From: Saprospiraceae bacterium
GTDB taxonomy: Bacteria; Bacteroidota; Bacteroidia; Chitinophagales; Saprospiraceae
Assembly: GCA_016715965.1 (NCBI GenBank)
Contig: JADJXG010000001.1
Span: 1,527,252 to 1,591,251 of the forward strand
Direction of reading: 5' to 3'
Length of the DNA: 64,000 bases
A program made the position numbers and the translations under genes. The notes below the pieces were generated by a model. The model was not told the origin of the DNA. It was given only the letters and a program-made list of their open reading frames with translations, and did not search any database. Shown here in pieces: positions 19,678-29,212 of this stretch (its first letter is position 1; every line of letters starts with the position of its first letter).

Positions 19678-20749
19678 GGCTTGTCAAATTAATTTTTAAT
19701 GTAACTACAAAGACGGAGTCAACGGAATGGAAGCTCAAGTCGTAATCAGTATAAAGCAGTTGAAGTTGCTTTTTGACATTCGTAAGTCCAATGTTTTCCT
19801 TCATCATCTTTTCTTCTCCGGAATATTCGTTTGAATTTTTTACCTTGAAGCACAATTGATTGTTTTGAACAGAGAGATGGATATCCACAAAGGGCAAATG
19901 ACTGGATTCAGAGACACCATGCTTGAATGCGTTTTCGACCAGGGGTATCAACATGAGAGGCGGCAGTTTCTGTTCCTTATCATCTATGTCATATACAAAA
20001 TTTACTTTGAGAGAATCATCATACCTCAGTTTTTCAAGGGCAATATAATCGTTGACAATGGCTATTTCTTGCTCCAGGCTGATAAACTTTTCACTGGTTT
20101 CATACAGCATGAATCTCAATATGGAAGACAATCTCAAAATAGATTCCTGAGTCTGGTCTGATTTCTCAATGGCCAACGAATATATATTATTCAATGTATT
20201 GAATAAAAAATGAGGATTTGTTTGGGACTTGAGGTAATTCAATTCTGCTTCTTTTTTTTCAAGCAAGAGTTGTTGGGTGACTTGTTTAAGTCTGTAATTA
20301 TCGTATAAAAGTTTAGACAGACCAAAGAAAATAAAGGAGCTGAATCCGCCCTGAGCTTGAAACAAAACATCTTCCATCATTCTTTGATACGCGGTGTCTG
20401 GAACGATGCTTACATGCCTTAAAATGGTATAAATCTGACATTGGACTCCCAGTACTTTCCAGCCATACAATCCAAATGAAAGGAGTATAAAGTGTAAGCC
20501 TGTGAAAAGGATCCCGGCCAGAAAGTTGACATAGATCATTTTTCTCTTCTTTATGATATAGGGTACGCTCCATTCAAAGAAAAGCAAATGGACCCCCGTA
20601 ATAAAGACTGCTCTCCATACCTCATTCAATACTTGTGGAACAAAGGTTTCTTCATGTGTCATGAATGCAGAAAAAATCCATAACAAAAGCCAGGCAAGCC
20701 CTGACCACAAATAAAATTGATATCGATTGAAGGCCGAAGAAAATTTCAT
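19670..20749 (-). CDS. LytS/YehU-type sensor histidine kinase
   Basis: N-terminal TM helices and the His_kinase (PF06580-type) motif SQTNPHFLFNTLNNIYSL, followed by an HATPase region (LIPLVENAFKHG). Overlaps the regulator gene by 8 nt. ATG at 20749 preferred over TTG at 20767. Confidence 0.85.
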   Translation of the reverse strand: MKFSSAFNRYQFYLWSGLAWLLLWIFSAFMTHEETFVPQVLNEVWRAVFITGVHLLFFEWSVPYIIKKRKMIYVNFLAGILFTGLHFILLSFGLYGWKVLGVQCQIYTILRHVSIVPDTAYQRMMEDVLFQAQGGFSSFIFFGLSKLLYDNYRLKQVTQQLLLEKKEAELNYLKSQTNPHFLFNTLNNIYSLAIEKSDQTQESILRLSSILRFMLYETSEKFISLEQEIAIVNDYIALEKLRYDDSLKVNFVYDIDDKEQKLPPLMLIPLVENAFKHGVSESSHLPFVDIHLSVQNNQLCFKVKNSNEYSGEEKMMKENIGLTNVKKQLQLLYTDYDLSFHSVDSVFVVTLKINLTSHV

Positions 20750-20816
20750 ACCTGTTTTTAAGGGCAAAGTTCAGCAATTGTTTTTACATCTGCTCTCTCA
20801 CGATACAAGATCTTTG

Positions 20817-20848
20817 TGTCGTTTGTAGACCATTTCTTGTTGTTTGTT
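20817..20848. promoter_or_regulatory. imperfect direct repeat with 21-bp period (candidate LytTR binding site)
   Basis: tgtcgtttgta (20817-20827) and tgttgtttgtt (20838-20848) match at 9 of 11 positions, 21 bp start to start. They lie in the divergent intergenic region between the LytS/LytTR operon and the serine-hydrolase operon. Confidence 0.35.
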
Positions 20849-20948
20849 GACGCAGCGCTTATTAACAGATTACATTGGTATAACATTGCACCGTATTGTA
20901 TCAGCTTATTGAATTTTTTTCAGTTTAAACTCAAATAGATTTATATAC

Positions 20949-22616
20949 ATGAAACAGTTCCTTCTATCCGCATTCATTCTCATCTTTGGATCTTGCTTCC
21001 AGGTAGCTTTTGGTCAGGACAAGGTAGTAGATCTTCCCATGGATCAATTTGACAAAATCTTGTCGGAGCATTTCAAACCAAATGAAACAGGTGCTACTGT
21101 TTTGGTTTCAAAAAAAGGACAGGTTATCTATCATAAGGCTTTCGGTATGGCGAATCTTGAATTAAATGTGCCCATGCATACAGATCATGTATTCTGGTTG
21201 GCTTCCATTGGTAAGCAGTTTACTGCGGTCGCCATCCTCCAATTGATCGAAAAGGGAAAATTAGAACTGCACGACGAAATCACCAGATTTATTCCTGATT
21301 ATCCTACGCAGGGAAATAGAATCACCATTGAACATTTGCTCACCCATACCTCTGGCATTCATAATTATTCAGGAATCAAAGACCCGGAAAAGAAATTGGC
21401 GGTTGATTGTAAACCGGAGGAGGTCATAGATTTCTTCAAGAACCTGCCAATGCGATTTGCACCGGGAACAAAATGGGAATACAGCAATTCTGGATACTTT
21501 TTACTGGGTTACATTATTGAAAAAATTTCCGGTAAAAAATATGCAGAATACCTGGATGAAAATATTTTTAAGCCATTGGGAATGGCGAATACCCATTTTG
21601 CCAATAACAAAAGAATTATTAATAACCGTGTGGGTGCTTATAGTATGGGAAACCAAGGTTATGAAAACTCGAGATATTTAAATGAGACGATTATTTTCTC
21701 TGCCGGAGCAATCCAAACCACGGTTTCAGATTTTTTTAAATGGCATGAGGCAGTTCATTCTTACAAATTGGTCAGGAAAGAAACCATGGACAAAGCTTTC
21801 AACCGATATAAATTGTCGGATGGGCAAGAAGTGGACTATGGCTATGGTTGGCGTCTTGGATACTTGTACGATCGTCCAAGCATTTGGCACGGCGGGATGA
21901 TCGAAGGTTATGGAACCATGGAACTCCATTTGCCAAAGGATGATGTATTTATTGTGATCTTAACAAATTGTGATTGTACTTATCCCAAGGATATTGTCAG
22001 GAGATTGGCCGCATTGACCATCGGAAAGCCCTACCAATATGAGGAAATCATCATTGATAAAAAAGTGTTGTCTCATTATTCAGGACTTTATGAAAATCAA
22101 ATGGGTCGCCAACATCTGATTACAGTCATTGAAAATCAACTCTATTTTCATTCCGGCAGAGGACCCAAATTCCAATTAAAGCCCTATCAAATAGACAAGT
22201 TTTATTTCGCAGATGATTTAATGGAAACCATTGAATTTGATAGAAATCATCAGGGAGAAATAGTCTCATTCACTCTCCAGAAACTCACTGGAAACGAATC
22301 ATTCCTTAAAACAAATAAACCGATTCCGGATGAAAACGGAATCAAGCTGGAAGAGAAGATTTTAGCAAGTTATGAGGGTGATTATGAAATTCCATCGGCT
22401 TTCACTTTTAAGGTTGTCCGGGATGAATCGCGAATCTTTATAAAAGTAGTCGGACAAGACCCGTTTGAAATTTATGCTCAGACAGAAAACAAGTTTTTTG
22501 CCAAGGTGGAAGATGCTCAATTTGAATTTATGAAAGACAGTGCGGGGAAAATTACAAAAGTAATCCTGAACCAGGGAGGAAGACAAATTGAAGCGATCAA
22601 ATTAAATGAACAATAG
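20949..22616 (+). CDS. secreted serine hydrolase of the class C beta-lactamase / PBP family
   Basis: Signal peptide, SxxK motif (ASIGKQFTA) and YxN motif (YSNSGY), plus a C-terminal extension of about 200 aa. Confidence 0.8.
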   Translation: MKQFLLSAFILIFGSCFQVAFGQDKVVDLPMDQFDKILSEHFKPNETGATVLVSKKGQVIYHKAFGMANLELNVPMHTDHVFWLASIGKQFTAVAILQLIEKGKLELHDEITRFIPDYPTQGNRITIEHLLTHTSGIHNYSGIKDPEKKLAVDCKPEEVIDFFKNLPMRFAPGTKWEYSNSGYFLLGYIIEKISGKKYAEYLDENIFKPLGMANTHFANNKRIINNRVGAYSMGNQGYENSRYLNETIIFSAGAIQTTVSDFFKWHEAVHSYKLVRKETMDKAFNRYKLSDGQEVDYGYGWRLGYLYDRPSIWHGGMIEGYGTMELHLPKDDVFIVILTNCDCTYPKDIVRRLAALTIGKPYQYEEIIIDKKVLSHYSGLYENQMGRQHLITVIENQLYFHSGRGPKFQLKPYQIDKFYFADDLMETIEFDRNHQGEIVSFTLQKLTGNESFLKTNKPIPDENGIKLEEKILASYEGDYEIPSAFTFKVVRDESRIFIKVVGQDPFEIYAQTENKFFAKVEDAQFEFMKDSAGKITKVILNQGGRQIEAIKLNEQ

Positions 22617-22644
22617 AAATTTTATAAAGCTGTAATCATAAAAA

Positions 22645-23046
22645 ATGAATGACATATCTATCTTCAGACTTTATCTATTGAGAGCGGTCTACCTTTTTGT
22701 AGCAGTGGGACTGGGCTTTACAATATGGCCTACCATCATTGGACACACATCCATTCTGCCTTTATGGCGTGGTGTTGGATGTAGCATGCTCGCTGCTGTA
22801 TCCATTCTTGCATTAATTGGAATCCGTTATCCTTTGGCCATGTTACCCATTCTTTTCTTCGAACTCATTTGGAAATCTGTCTGGCTTATCGCCATTGCGC
22901 TGCCACTTTGGACTTCAGGACAAATGGATCAGATAAATTTGAATACGACCTATGATTGTTTGACAGGAGTCATTTTTCTTTTTGTCATTCCCTGGAAATA
23001 TGTTTGGTTTCAATATGTAATTAAGAATGGGGACCCCTGGCGTTAA
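22645..23046 (+). CDS. small integral membrane protein (4 predicted TM helices)
   Basis: 133-aa hydrophobic ORF 28 nt after the hydrolase gene on the same strand. Confidence 0.55.
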   Translation: MNDISIFRLYLLRAVYLFVAVGLGFTIWPTIIGHTSILPLWRGVGCSMLAAVSILALIGIRYPLAMLPILFFELIWKSVWLIAIALPLWTSGQMDQINLNTTYDCLTGVIFLFVIPWKYVWFQYVIKNGDPWR

Positions 23047-23066
23047 AATTTTTTAAATCCACTTCT

Positions 23067-23780
23067 ATGAACGCAAATGAACTAAAGAAAACAGCGAGGT
23101 TGACTGGAATCTTCTATCTCCTTTGGATATTTACTGCATTTTATAGTCTTGTATATGTACAATCAAAAACTTATGTCAAAGGAGATGCTGCGGCCACCGC
23201 TGCCAATTTTCTGGCGAACGAATTCATATACCGAACAGGGATCGTCAATGGCTTAATTGGTAGCATCCTTTGGATTTTTATCGTTTTGTTATTGTATCGC
23301 ATGTTTGTGCAAGTTCACAAAGCGCAGGCTCTTTTGATGGTGGTATTGGTATTGGTCCAAATTCCGGTCTTTTTTATCATGAATGCCCTGGATCTGACCT
23401 CACTCATGCTTTTTAAAGGTGAAATATTAAAAACATTTGAACTTTACCAACGACAAGATCTGTCCATGTTTATCATAAAAATAAACGACTACATTTCTAT
23501 TGCGCTTGAAATGTTTTGGGGTCTATGGCTTTTCCCGTTTGGATATCTGGTGTATCAATCAGGATTTATCCCAAGAATATTGGGTACATTTTTGATACTT
23601 AATGGAATAGCCTATGTCATTCATTGTTTGACCCATTTAATTTTTCCAATTTATCAGGATTTTGTTTTTAAATTATCGACTCCCATTTGGACTCTGGGAG
23701 AAGTTTCAATCATGTTATGGCTAGTAGTCAAAGGGGCTAACATTCATCAGAAAGATCTGTTGGAAGAAAACAAAATTTAA
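23067..23780 (+). CDS. DUF4386-like membrane protein
   Basis: The pattern ARLTGIFYLLWIFTAFYS...KGDAAATAANFLANEFIYRTGIV matches the DUF4386 N-terminal pattern from memory. Multiple TM helices. Confidence 0.55.
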   Translation: MNANELKKTARLTGIFYLLWIFTAFYSLVYVQSKTYVKGDAAATAANFLANEFIYRTGIVNGLIGSILWIFIVLLLYRMFVQVHKAQALLMVVLVLVQIPVFFIMNALDLTSLMLFKGEILKTFELYQRQDLSMFIIKINDYISIALEMFWGLWLFPFGYLVYQSGFIPRILGTFLILNGIAYVIHCLTHLIFPIYQDFVFKLSTPIWTLGEVSIMLWLVVKGANIHQKDLLEENKI

Positions 23781-24008
23781 TTTTACCCTTTGCAAACAAC
23801 ATATCTTTGGACCAGTCCTGTAAAAACAAATGTGGTAATACAGTAAAAATTTGATCCAACGGAAATGAAAGATTATTCTCTACATTGTATAATTGCTTAG
23901 AATGGCAAAAGGCACTTGAGAAATATACAAATTCCTTTGACTGAACAATTTGTCAAAAATGATCATTATCTATGTGAATTTTTAGCTTAAATTTATTTTT
24001 TCGTTCAT

Positions 24009-24608
24009 TTGTTATCATCTCTTGGAAACCATTTCCATAATAGTTTTAGCCATCTAAAATTCCCTTCAATCTTGGAAATTTTGAGTAGAATAGAATTCCA
24101 AAAACTTAGTCTCAAGGATCTTGATGAACTGCGGGAAATCAGCATAAAGACTTTCTATGAGTCCTTTGCCATGGGCAATACTGAGGAAAATATGAGGAAG
24201 TATTTAACTGAGGCTTTTTCTTTAGAACAGTTAAGTGCAGAACTTACGGATGAAAATGTTGAGTTTTACTTTGCAAGCATTCATCAAGAGCGAATAGGAT
24301 ATATAAAACTAAATCATGGTCTGGCACAAACCGAGATGAAGGAAGACAATGCTCTTGAGATCGAACGCATTTATGTTTTACGCAATTATCAAGGCCAAAA
24401 AGTAGGGCAAGCCCTTTATGAAAAGGCACTTCATATAGCAAGACAACATAAGCTTGACTATATATGGCTGGGCGTTTGGGAAAAAAATACAGCTGCCATC
24501 AGGTTTTATGAAAGAATTGGTTTTGTTGAATTTGACCGGCATATTTTCAAATTGGGCGATGAAGATCAAACAGATATCATGTTGAAAGTAAGAGTAGAGC
24601 ACAGCTGA
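24009..24608 (+). CDS. GNAT-family N-acetyltransferase
   Basis: Acetyl-CoA binding motif RNYQGQKVGQALYEKAL followed by WLGVWEKNTAAIRFYERIGF. The start is uncertain: there is no ATG before the conserved core, and TTG candidates lie at 24009 and 24081. Confidence 0.75.
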   Translation: MLSSLGNHFHNSFSHLKFPSILEILSRIEFQKLSLKDLDELREISIKTFYESFAMGNTEENMRKYLTEAFSLEQLSAELTDENVEFYFASIHQERIGYIKLNHGLAQTEMKEDNALEIERIYVLRNYQGQKVGQALYEKALHIARQHKLDYIWLGVWEKNTAAIRFYERIGFVEFDRHIFKLGDEDQTDIMLKVRVEHS

Positions 24609-24633
24609 GAGATACTTAATTTAATATAACTGT

Positions 24634-24684
24634 AGAAAAAAATTAGCCGGGACTTCAACTCCGATCAGAGTCAGGGTCCCGGCT
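24634..24684 (-). terminator. candidate terminator for the minus-strand propeller gene
   Basis: agccgggac...gtcccggct forms a 9-bp stem with a large loop. On the minus strand it is followed by aatttttttc. Lies between convergent genes. Confidence 0.45.
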
Positions 24685-24710
24685 ACAGGATAGAAGATAG
24701 GTTATTGAAA

Positions 24711-25590
24711 TCAATGAACCAGGATGCTTCTAGTGTATGTTTTATTTTCTGACAGAACTTTTAAATGGTAAGCTCCTGAAGGAAGCTGGCTTACATCTAA
24801 TTGATTTGTATTCGAAAAATCAGATAGATTTTTAGAAAGAATTAATCTACCCTGGGCATCATACCATTGATATTCTTTGATTTTACCTTGGTCTAACAAT
24901 TCCATAAAGATGAAATCTGATCCCTGGCATCGGATATTCTGCAGAAACAATCTGAGTGCTGGGGTCAATTTTAAATAAGCCATGAGTTGTGCCTACAAGG
25001 AGTGATATGGTCTTGCTGTAATGGATTTTATGTAGGAGCAATGTGCCATGTGACCCATCTTTCATTTTGTCCAGAGAAATTGAATTGAACTCAATTTTAA
25101 TATGGGCCTGCTTGTTTTTTGTCGCAGCAATTAATAGGTCCTTATTTGGCAACAGCTTGATTACTTCATTCTGTCCACAAAACCAAATCGTTCCGTCTTC
25201 CAGCTCCACAAGCTTACATAGGAAGGAATAATGCTCTTCTATATTCACATGAAAGAATTGATCGCTCCCAACATCCAAAATATCCAAACCATTTTCATGT
25301 TCTACCCAAATCCAGCCACGACTATCTTCGAATAATTGACGAATTTCGCCACCACCCACTGCAAATGGATTAAACGGATCCGGTGAAAATATCTTAAATC
25401 GGGAGCCATCGTACCGGTTGAGTCCGTCTTTGGTGGCAATCCAGATAAATCCATCTTTGCTTTGGATCATATCAAAGATCATCTCTTGGGAGAGTCCGTC
25501 ATTGACCGTCAATCGGGATATGACAGGCACTGATTGCCCGGCCAGCTGTTGTGCAAGAAGAAATAAAATGAAGCACCGTAAAATGGACAT
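24711..25590 (-). pseudogene. two-component-regulator-propeller (Reg_prop) repeat protein with T9SS C-terminal domain, interrupted by a 1-nt frameshift
   Basis: ORF 24883-25590 has a signal peptide and DGFIWIATKDGLNRYDG repeats, and runs into ...SAEYPMPG. ORF 24711-24983 in another frame continues SDFIFMELLDQGKIKEYQWYDAQGRLILSK...SGAYHLKV (T9SS CTD). Removing one C from the ccc run at 24922-24924 joins them as YPMPGSDFIFMEL. Confidence 0.65.
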
Positions 25591-25667
25591 TATATGGACT
25601 TGAAAAAAGCTGGTGTAAATATTAGTTTTTAACTTTATAAAAATTTAACAATCTAAAAAGTCGATCA

Positions 25668-26846
25668 CTAATAAATGATTAGCTTTTCTATTGAGCTTCT
25701 CTTATTGGAGCTTAGCTTAACGAAGTAAACTCCTTTAGGAAGATCGGATACATCAATATCAGAGTTAGCTGATTGATTTAAGCTTTGAGTTAAAGTTATA
25801 CCTTGCTCATTCAGAATTTCGATGTGGTATATTTCTGTGCCGGAAATAGTCAGTTTATTTTGTGTCGGGTTGGGATAGAAGATGATTGTCTCATCTGAAT
25901 CAGGGTTATTTGCATCGGTTGATTGGACAGCTTCATAGAGTCTGACAGATTGGAGGGTCCCTAATACAAGGTCTTTATCGCCATCGTTGTCAATATCTGC
26001 AAAAACCGGTGCTACAGAGGTTGGCCCTGTAATATCTCTAAAGGGGTTATCTATGCCGGTTTTTTTTGTAAATTTGGCAGCTTGCTTCGAGCCGGTGTTT
26101 TCAAAATACAGGAGTTCCGGTGATGACAGGTCATGTCCTATGACTGCGTCGGTTAACCCATCTTCATTGACATCGTGAAATGCAATTTTGGATCTCGCAC
26201 TCAATCCTGCTGTAGCTATAGGATTCTCCGCTTCATTTCTTGTAAATTTTGGTTCATTCCTAGTGCCTGTATTTTCATAAAACAGAATGTTACCATCCGC
26301 ATCGGTAATAAACACATCCATGTCCATATCTCCGTCAAAATCCATGAAGGCAGGATAGGTACAGATTCCTTCTGTCAGGACCTGATCCAGGGGATTCATG
26401 GCATCAGTGACCCAAACAAAATCCGGGTTCATGGCATTGCCATCGTTTCTGAAGTATCGGATGATATTGACCCACACTCCGGAAAACATATCCATATCTC
26501 CATCACCGTCAATGTCTACGAAACTCGGAGCGCAACATCCGGAGTTATTTCTATAATTAACGAGAGGATTGTCAGAACCCGTTTGTTGGGTGTAGGCCGG
26601 ATTGGATCGGGTTCCTGTATTTCTGTAGAACAGCATTTCATTTGAAGCATATTGCCCTACGAACAGATCAAAATCACCGTCCGCATCAATATCTACCAAA
26701 GCCGGTGAAGCGTAGTTAAACAAGCTAACCGGTGCAAATGGATTGATCGTTGCTAATTTGTAATCATATTGCGCATCAGTTCCGTCGGGAATTGCAAGAA
26801 GAAGGCAACTAATGGCCAAAATTGATTTAATTTCAGATTTTACCAT
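25668..26846 (-). CDS. FG-GAP/VCBS-repeat protein with T9SS C-terminal domain
   Basis: Signal peptide MVKSEIKSILAISCLLLAIP starts at ATG 26846. Repeated Ca-binding-like motifs VDIDADGDFD, VDIDGDGDMD, MDFDGDMDMD and ADIDNDGDKD are present. The C-terminus reads IFYPNPTQNKLTISG...KGVYFVKL. Confidence 0.8.
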   Translation of the reverse strand: MVKSEIKSILAISCLLLAIPDGTDAQYDYKLATINPFAPVSLFNYASPALVDIDADGDFDLFVGQYASNEMLFYRNTGTRSNPAYTQQTGSDNPLVNYRNNSGCCAPSFVDIDGDGDMDMFSGVWVNIIRYFRNDGNAMNPDFVWVTDAMNPLDQVLTEGICTYPAFMDFDGDMDMDVFITDADGNILFYENTGTRNEPKFTRNEAENPIATAGLSARSKIAFHDVNEDGLTDAVIGHDLSSPELLYFENTGSKQAAKFTKKTGIDNPFRDITGPTSVAPVFADIDNDGDKDLVLGTLQSVRLYEAVQSTDANNPDSDETIIFYPNPTQNKLTISGTEIYHIEILNEQGITLTQSLNQSANSDIDVSDLPKGVYFVKLSSNKRSSIEKLIIY

Positions 26847-26863
26847 GATTTTTTCATTTGAAG

Positions 26864-26871
26864 CAAAAATA
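26864..26871 (-). promoter_or_regulatory. -7 box TATTTTTG
   Basis: The plus strand reads caaaaata. It lies 18 nt upstream of ATG 26846. Confidence 0.4.
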
Positions 26872-27973
26872 GGCATTTTTAGGGCATGGTTTCGATTAAA
26901 TTTGAGGCGGTGGCAAGCTATTGTATTTGCAGCTGTTTTTGGCTTATCGATCGATTTTGGGGGGATAAAGCAAATTTTCAATTCCGAAAGACCCAATTCA
27001 ATATGAAATTGGGAAGACTGGTTTCTATTCAGGAAGAACAAATACAAATCAAAATACAATAAAACTCCCTCCCGTGTGAAAAGCCATATATATTTCAAAA
27101 GTCAGTCTTGCATGAATCATTGCATCTATACCATTCCTGTACAGTATCAGAATAAGCATAGACTTGAGTGATTCAAATTATCATTAATCGGACGAATCAA
27201 AATGATTTGACGAGGATTTAAATGTAATTCCAGGAATATGCATTTGCTGAATTGGTCTTTTGTTTCAAAATATATCTACTGAGTCTGTGTTATTAATTTC
27301 AAAGAGGGATTTATGTTGAAGACCAAGATAACGATAATGTGAAATTAACCAAGATGAAGAAACCCCCAATCTCTTCTACTAGGACATTCTTGTACTCTAA
27401 TAAGATTCATTTAGTATTAATTTATTGAATCTAATATTCTATTTGTATCATATATTGAGATTGGTATTTGCTATGATTTTTCTAGTAAAAACATTCGTTC
27501 CGGAAAACGATTATAAGGATAGATAGGGTAGAAAGGGTTTATGGTGCAGAATAGACGGATTAAATATGGTATGATTTCAGATGAATGAATCGGCACTCGA
27601 TTTGAGTTAATTGCTTTTCAGTTTGGGTAAATAATGGATTTGGAATAGATAGTATTTCACCCTGATCAGCAAATGGAGTCGCGATTAAAAATTGGGTATT
27701 TGAATGATCTGCCGGATACATGCTTGATGTAAAATCTATAAGGGAATTAAACCACAAGTGATTCAATGTTCTGCTGAACATGTGAAAGTTTATATTCCTC
27801 TTTTTCTGTGACACTAGTTTTTTTTATCAAAAAAAAAATAATGCAATCCCATCGATTAAATCATAACAAATCAAAATTCATGCTTTTTTCTTATTTGAGG
27901 AAATTGACTGGAGTAGGTATATCTTTGATTATCACAACCAAATATTGCATCTAGAGATAAATCAATGGATTCA

Positions 27974-28969
27974 TTATCTTTGAAAAGCCTCAATTTGTTT
28001 TCTGGTAATGTTAATCTTGTAGTGAAGATGGTTAAAAAATACGCTGGTCATGTGCCCACTTCCTTTTCCAAGGAGGAATGAATTTTCTTCTATAGTTTGA
28101 TACCATTTATTGGAATACTCGAGAAATTCTACGTCTCTTGAAATAATAAAGTTGGGATGATCAAAGGCAATGTAAATGGACGAAAGATTTTTGGTTTGCA
28201 CCAAGACGTGGTTGGAAGTATGTAGTATTTTGTTCTCATACAAATGAAAATTGGAAACCAATCCTTCTTGTTTAGAATTCGTCATTGCCATTTCCTTGAT
28301 TCTTTGCAAAGTCGATTCCAGATCAACGAGTAAACCCATTGCAATATCTTTGTCAAGGTCTCCTGCTTCAAAATAAAATCTAATTTGTTCTAAAGTTATA
28401 TCAATTACATTGGTGTTCCAGTATTCAAATGTATTGAGATTGGCATATTTGTCCCATATTGTTTTAATCTTAGAGATCAGATCCGGAGGAAATCCATTTG
28501 AATCAAAAGGGGCACGAATATACTGTTCTACCTTCCAAACAGTTTTCGCAAAAACATAAAACATGAAAAGTGCCAGATTGGGATAAAGAAAGTAGTAAAA
28601 TATCGGTAATTCTCTGGTTGCATAAAAAACCTTAGCTTCTTTTTCCTGATCCAGTCCACTCAAATTGATTGAAAGTCTGGTCAGGTATTCCTCTATATTT
28701 CTAATTGGATAAACGATATTAGGCACAGAAAACAACTTTAATTTTCCAAGATTGCCAAATAAGTCATTGGTGTCAATGGAGTAATGTTTGATCAGGAATA
28801 GCATTTCATCAACCGTATAAAAATGATCAGCCCTGTTTTTCTTATAAATAGCAGTAATACTGCAATTTAACAATTCGGCCAATTCATTCACCCACCTTTT
28901 CTTGTCCTTAATATTTTCTTTTAACAAATCGTGAAACCGGTTCTTGATTTCCTGATTAAAATTATTCAT
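27974..28969 (-). CDS. putative HTH transcriptional regulator (331 aa, N-terminal HTH plus uncharacterised C-terminal domain)
   Basis: N-terminal helix-turn-helix-like segment WVNELAELLNCSITAIYKKNRADHFYTVDEM. The rest has no motif I recognise. Divergently transcribed from the secreted-protein cluster. Confidence 0.55.
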   Translation of the reverse strand: MNNFNQEIKNRFHDLLKENIKDKKRWVNELAELLNCSITAIYKKNRADHFYTVDEMLFLIKHYSIDTNDLFGNLGKLKLFSVPNIVYPIRNIEEYLTRLSINLSGLDQEKEAKVFYATRELPIFYYFLYPNLALFMFYVFAKTVWKVEQYIRAPFDSNGFPPDLISKIKTIWDKYANLNTFEYWNTNVIDITLEQIRFYFEAGDLDKDIAMGLLVDLESTLQRIKEMAMTNSKQEGLVSNFHLYENKILHTSNHVLVQTKNLSSIYIAFDHPNFIISRDVEFLEYSNKWYQTIEENSFLLGKGSGHMTSVFFNHLHYKINITRKQIEAFQR

Positions 28970-29017
28970 ATTGTATAAATTTATAAGTTTTTATGGTTTA
29001 AAAATATCAATTTTAGC

Positions 29018-29025
29018 CAAAGATA
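29018..29025 (-). promoter_or_regulatory. -7 box TATCTTTG for the HTH regulator gene
   Basis: The plus strand reads caaagata. It lies 49 nt upstream of ATG 28969. Confidence 0.4.
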
Positions 29026-29123
29026 AGTAATTAGTTACTATTATTTTAAAATTTTGTACAAAAAGTTTAAAAAACTAGTTTAAATCTGTCCAACAAATCC
29101 AACACATGACATTCAGAGGCAAG

Positions 29124-29131
29124 TACTTTTG
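29124..29131 (+). promoter_or_regulatory. -7 box TACTTTTG for the secreted-protein cluster
   Basis: TAnnTTTG match 40 nt upstream of ATG 29171 and 82 nt upstream of ATG 29213. Confidence 0.35.
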
Positions 29132-29212
29132 TTCTGATAATTTTATTGTTCACTTTTAACACCTAATTTTATGTTACACTATTCCCACATTTTTAAGTAT
29201 TGGCAAAATTTA

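Noticed and set aside
26175-26645. 156-aa plus-strand ORF antisense to the FG-GAP gene
   Set aside because: It is a shadow ORF of the D/G-rich repeat gene and has no motifs.
27560-27814. 84-aa minus-strand ORF in the A+T-rich spacer
   Set aside because: It has no signal peptide, motif or promoter box, and its composition resembles the surrounding non-coding DNA. There is not enough support to call a gene.
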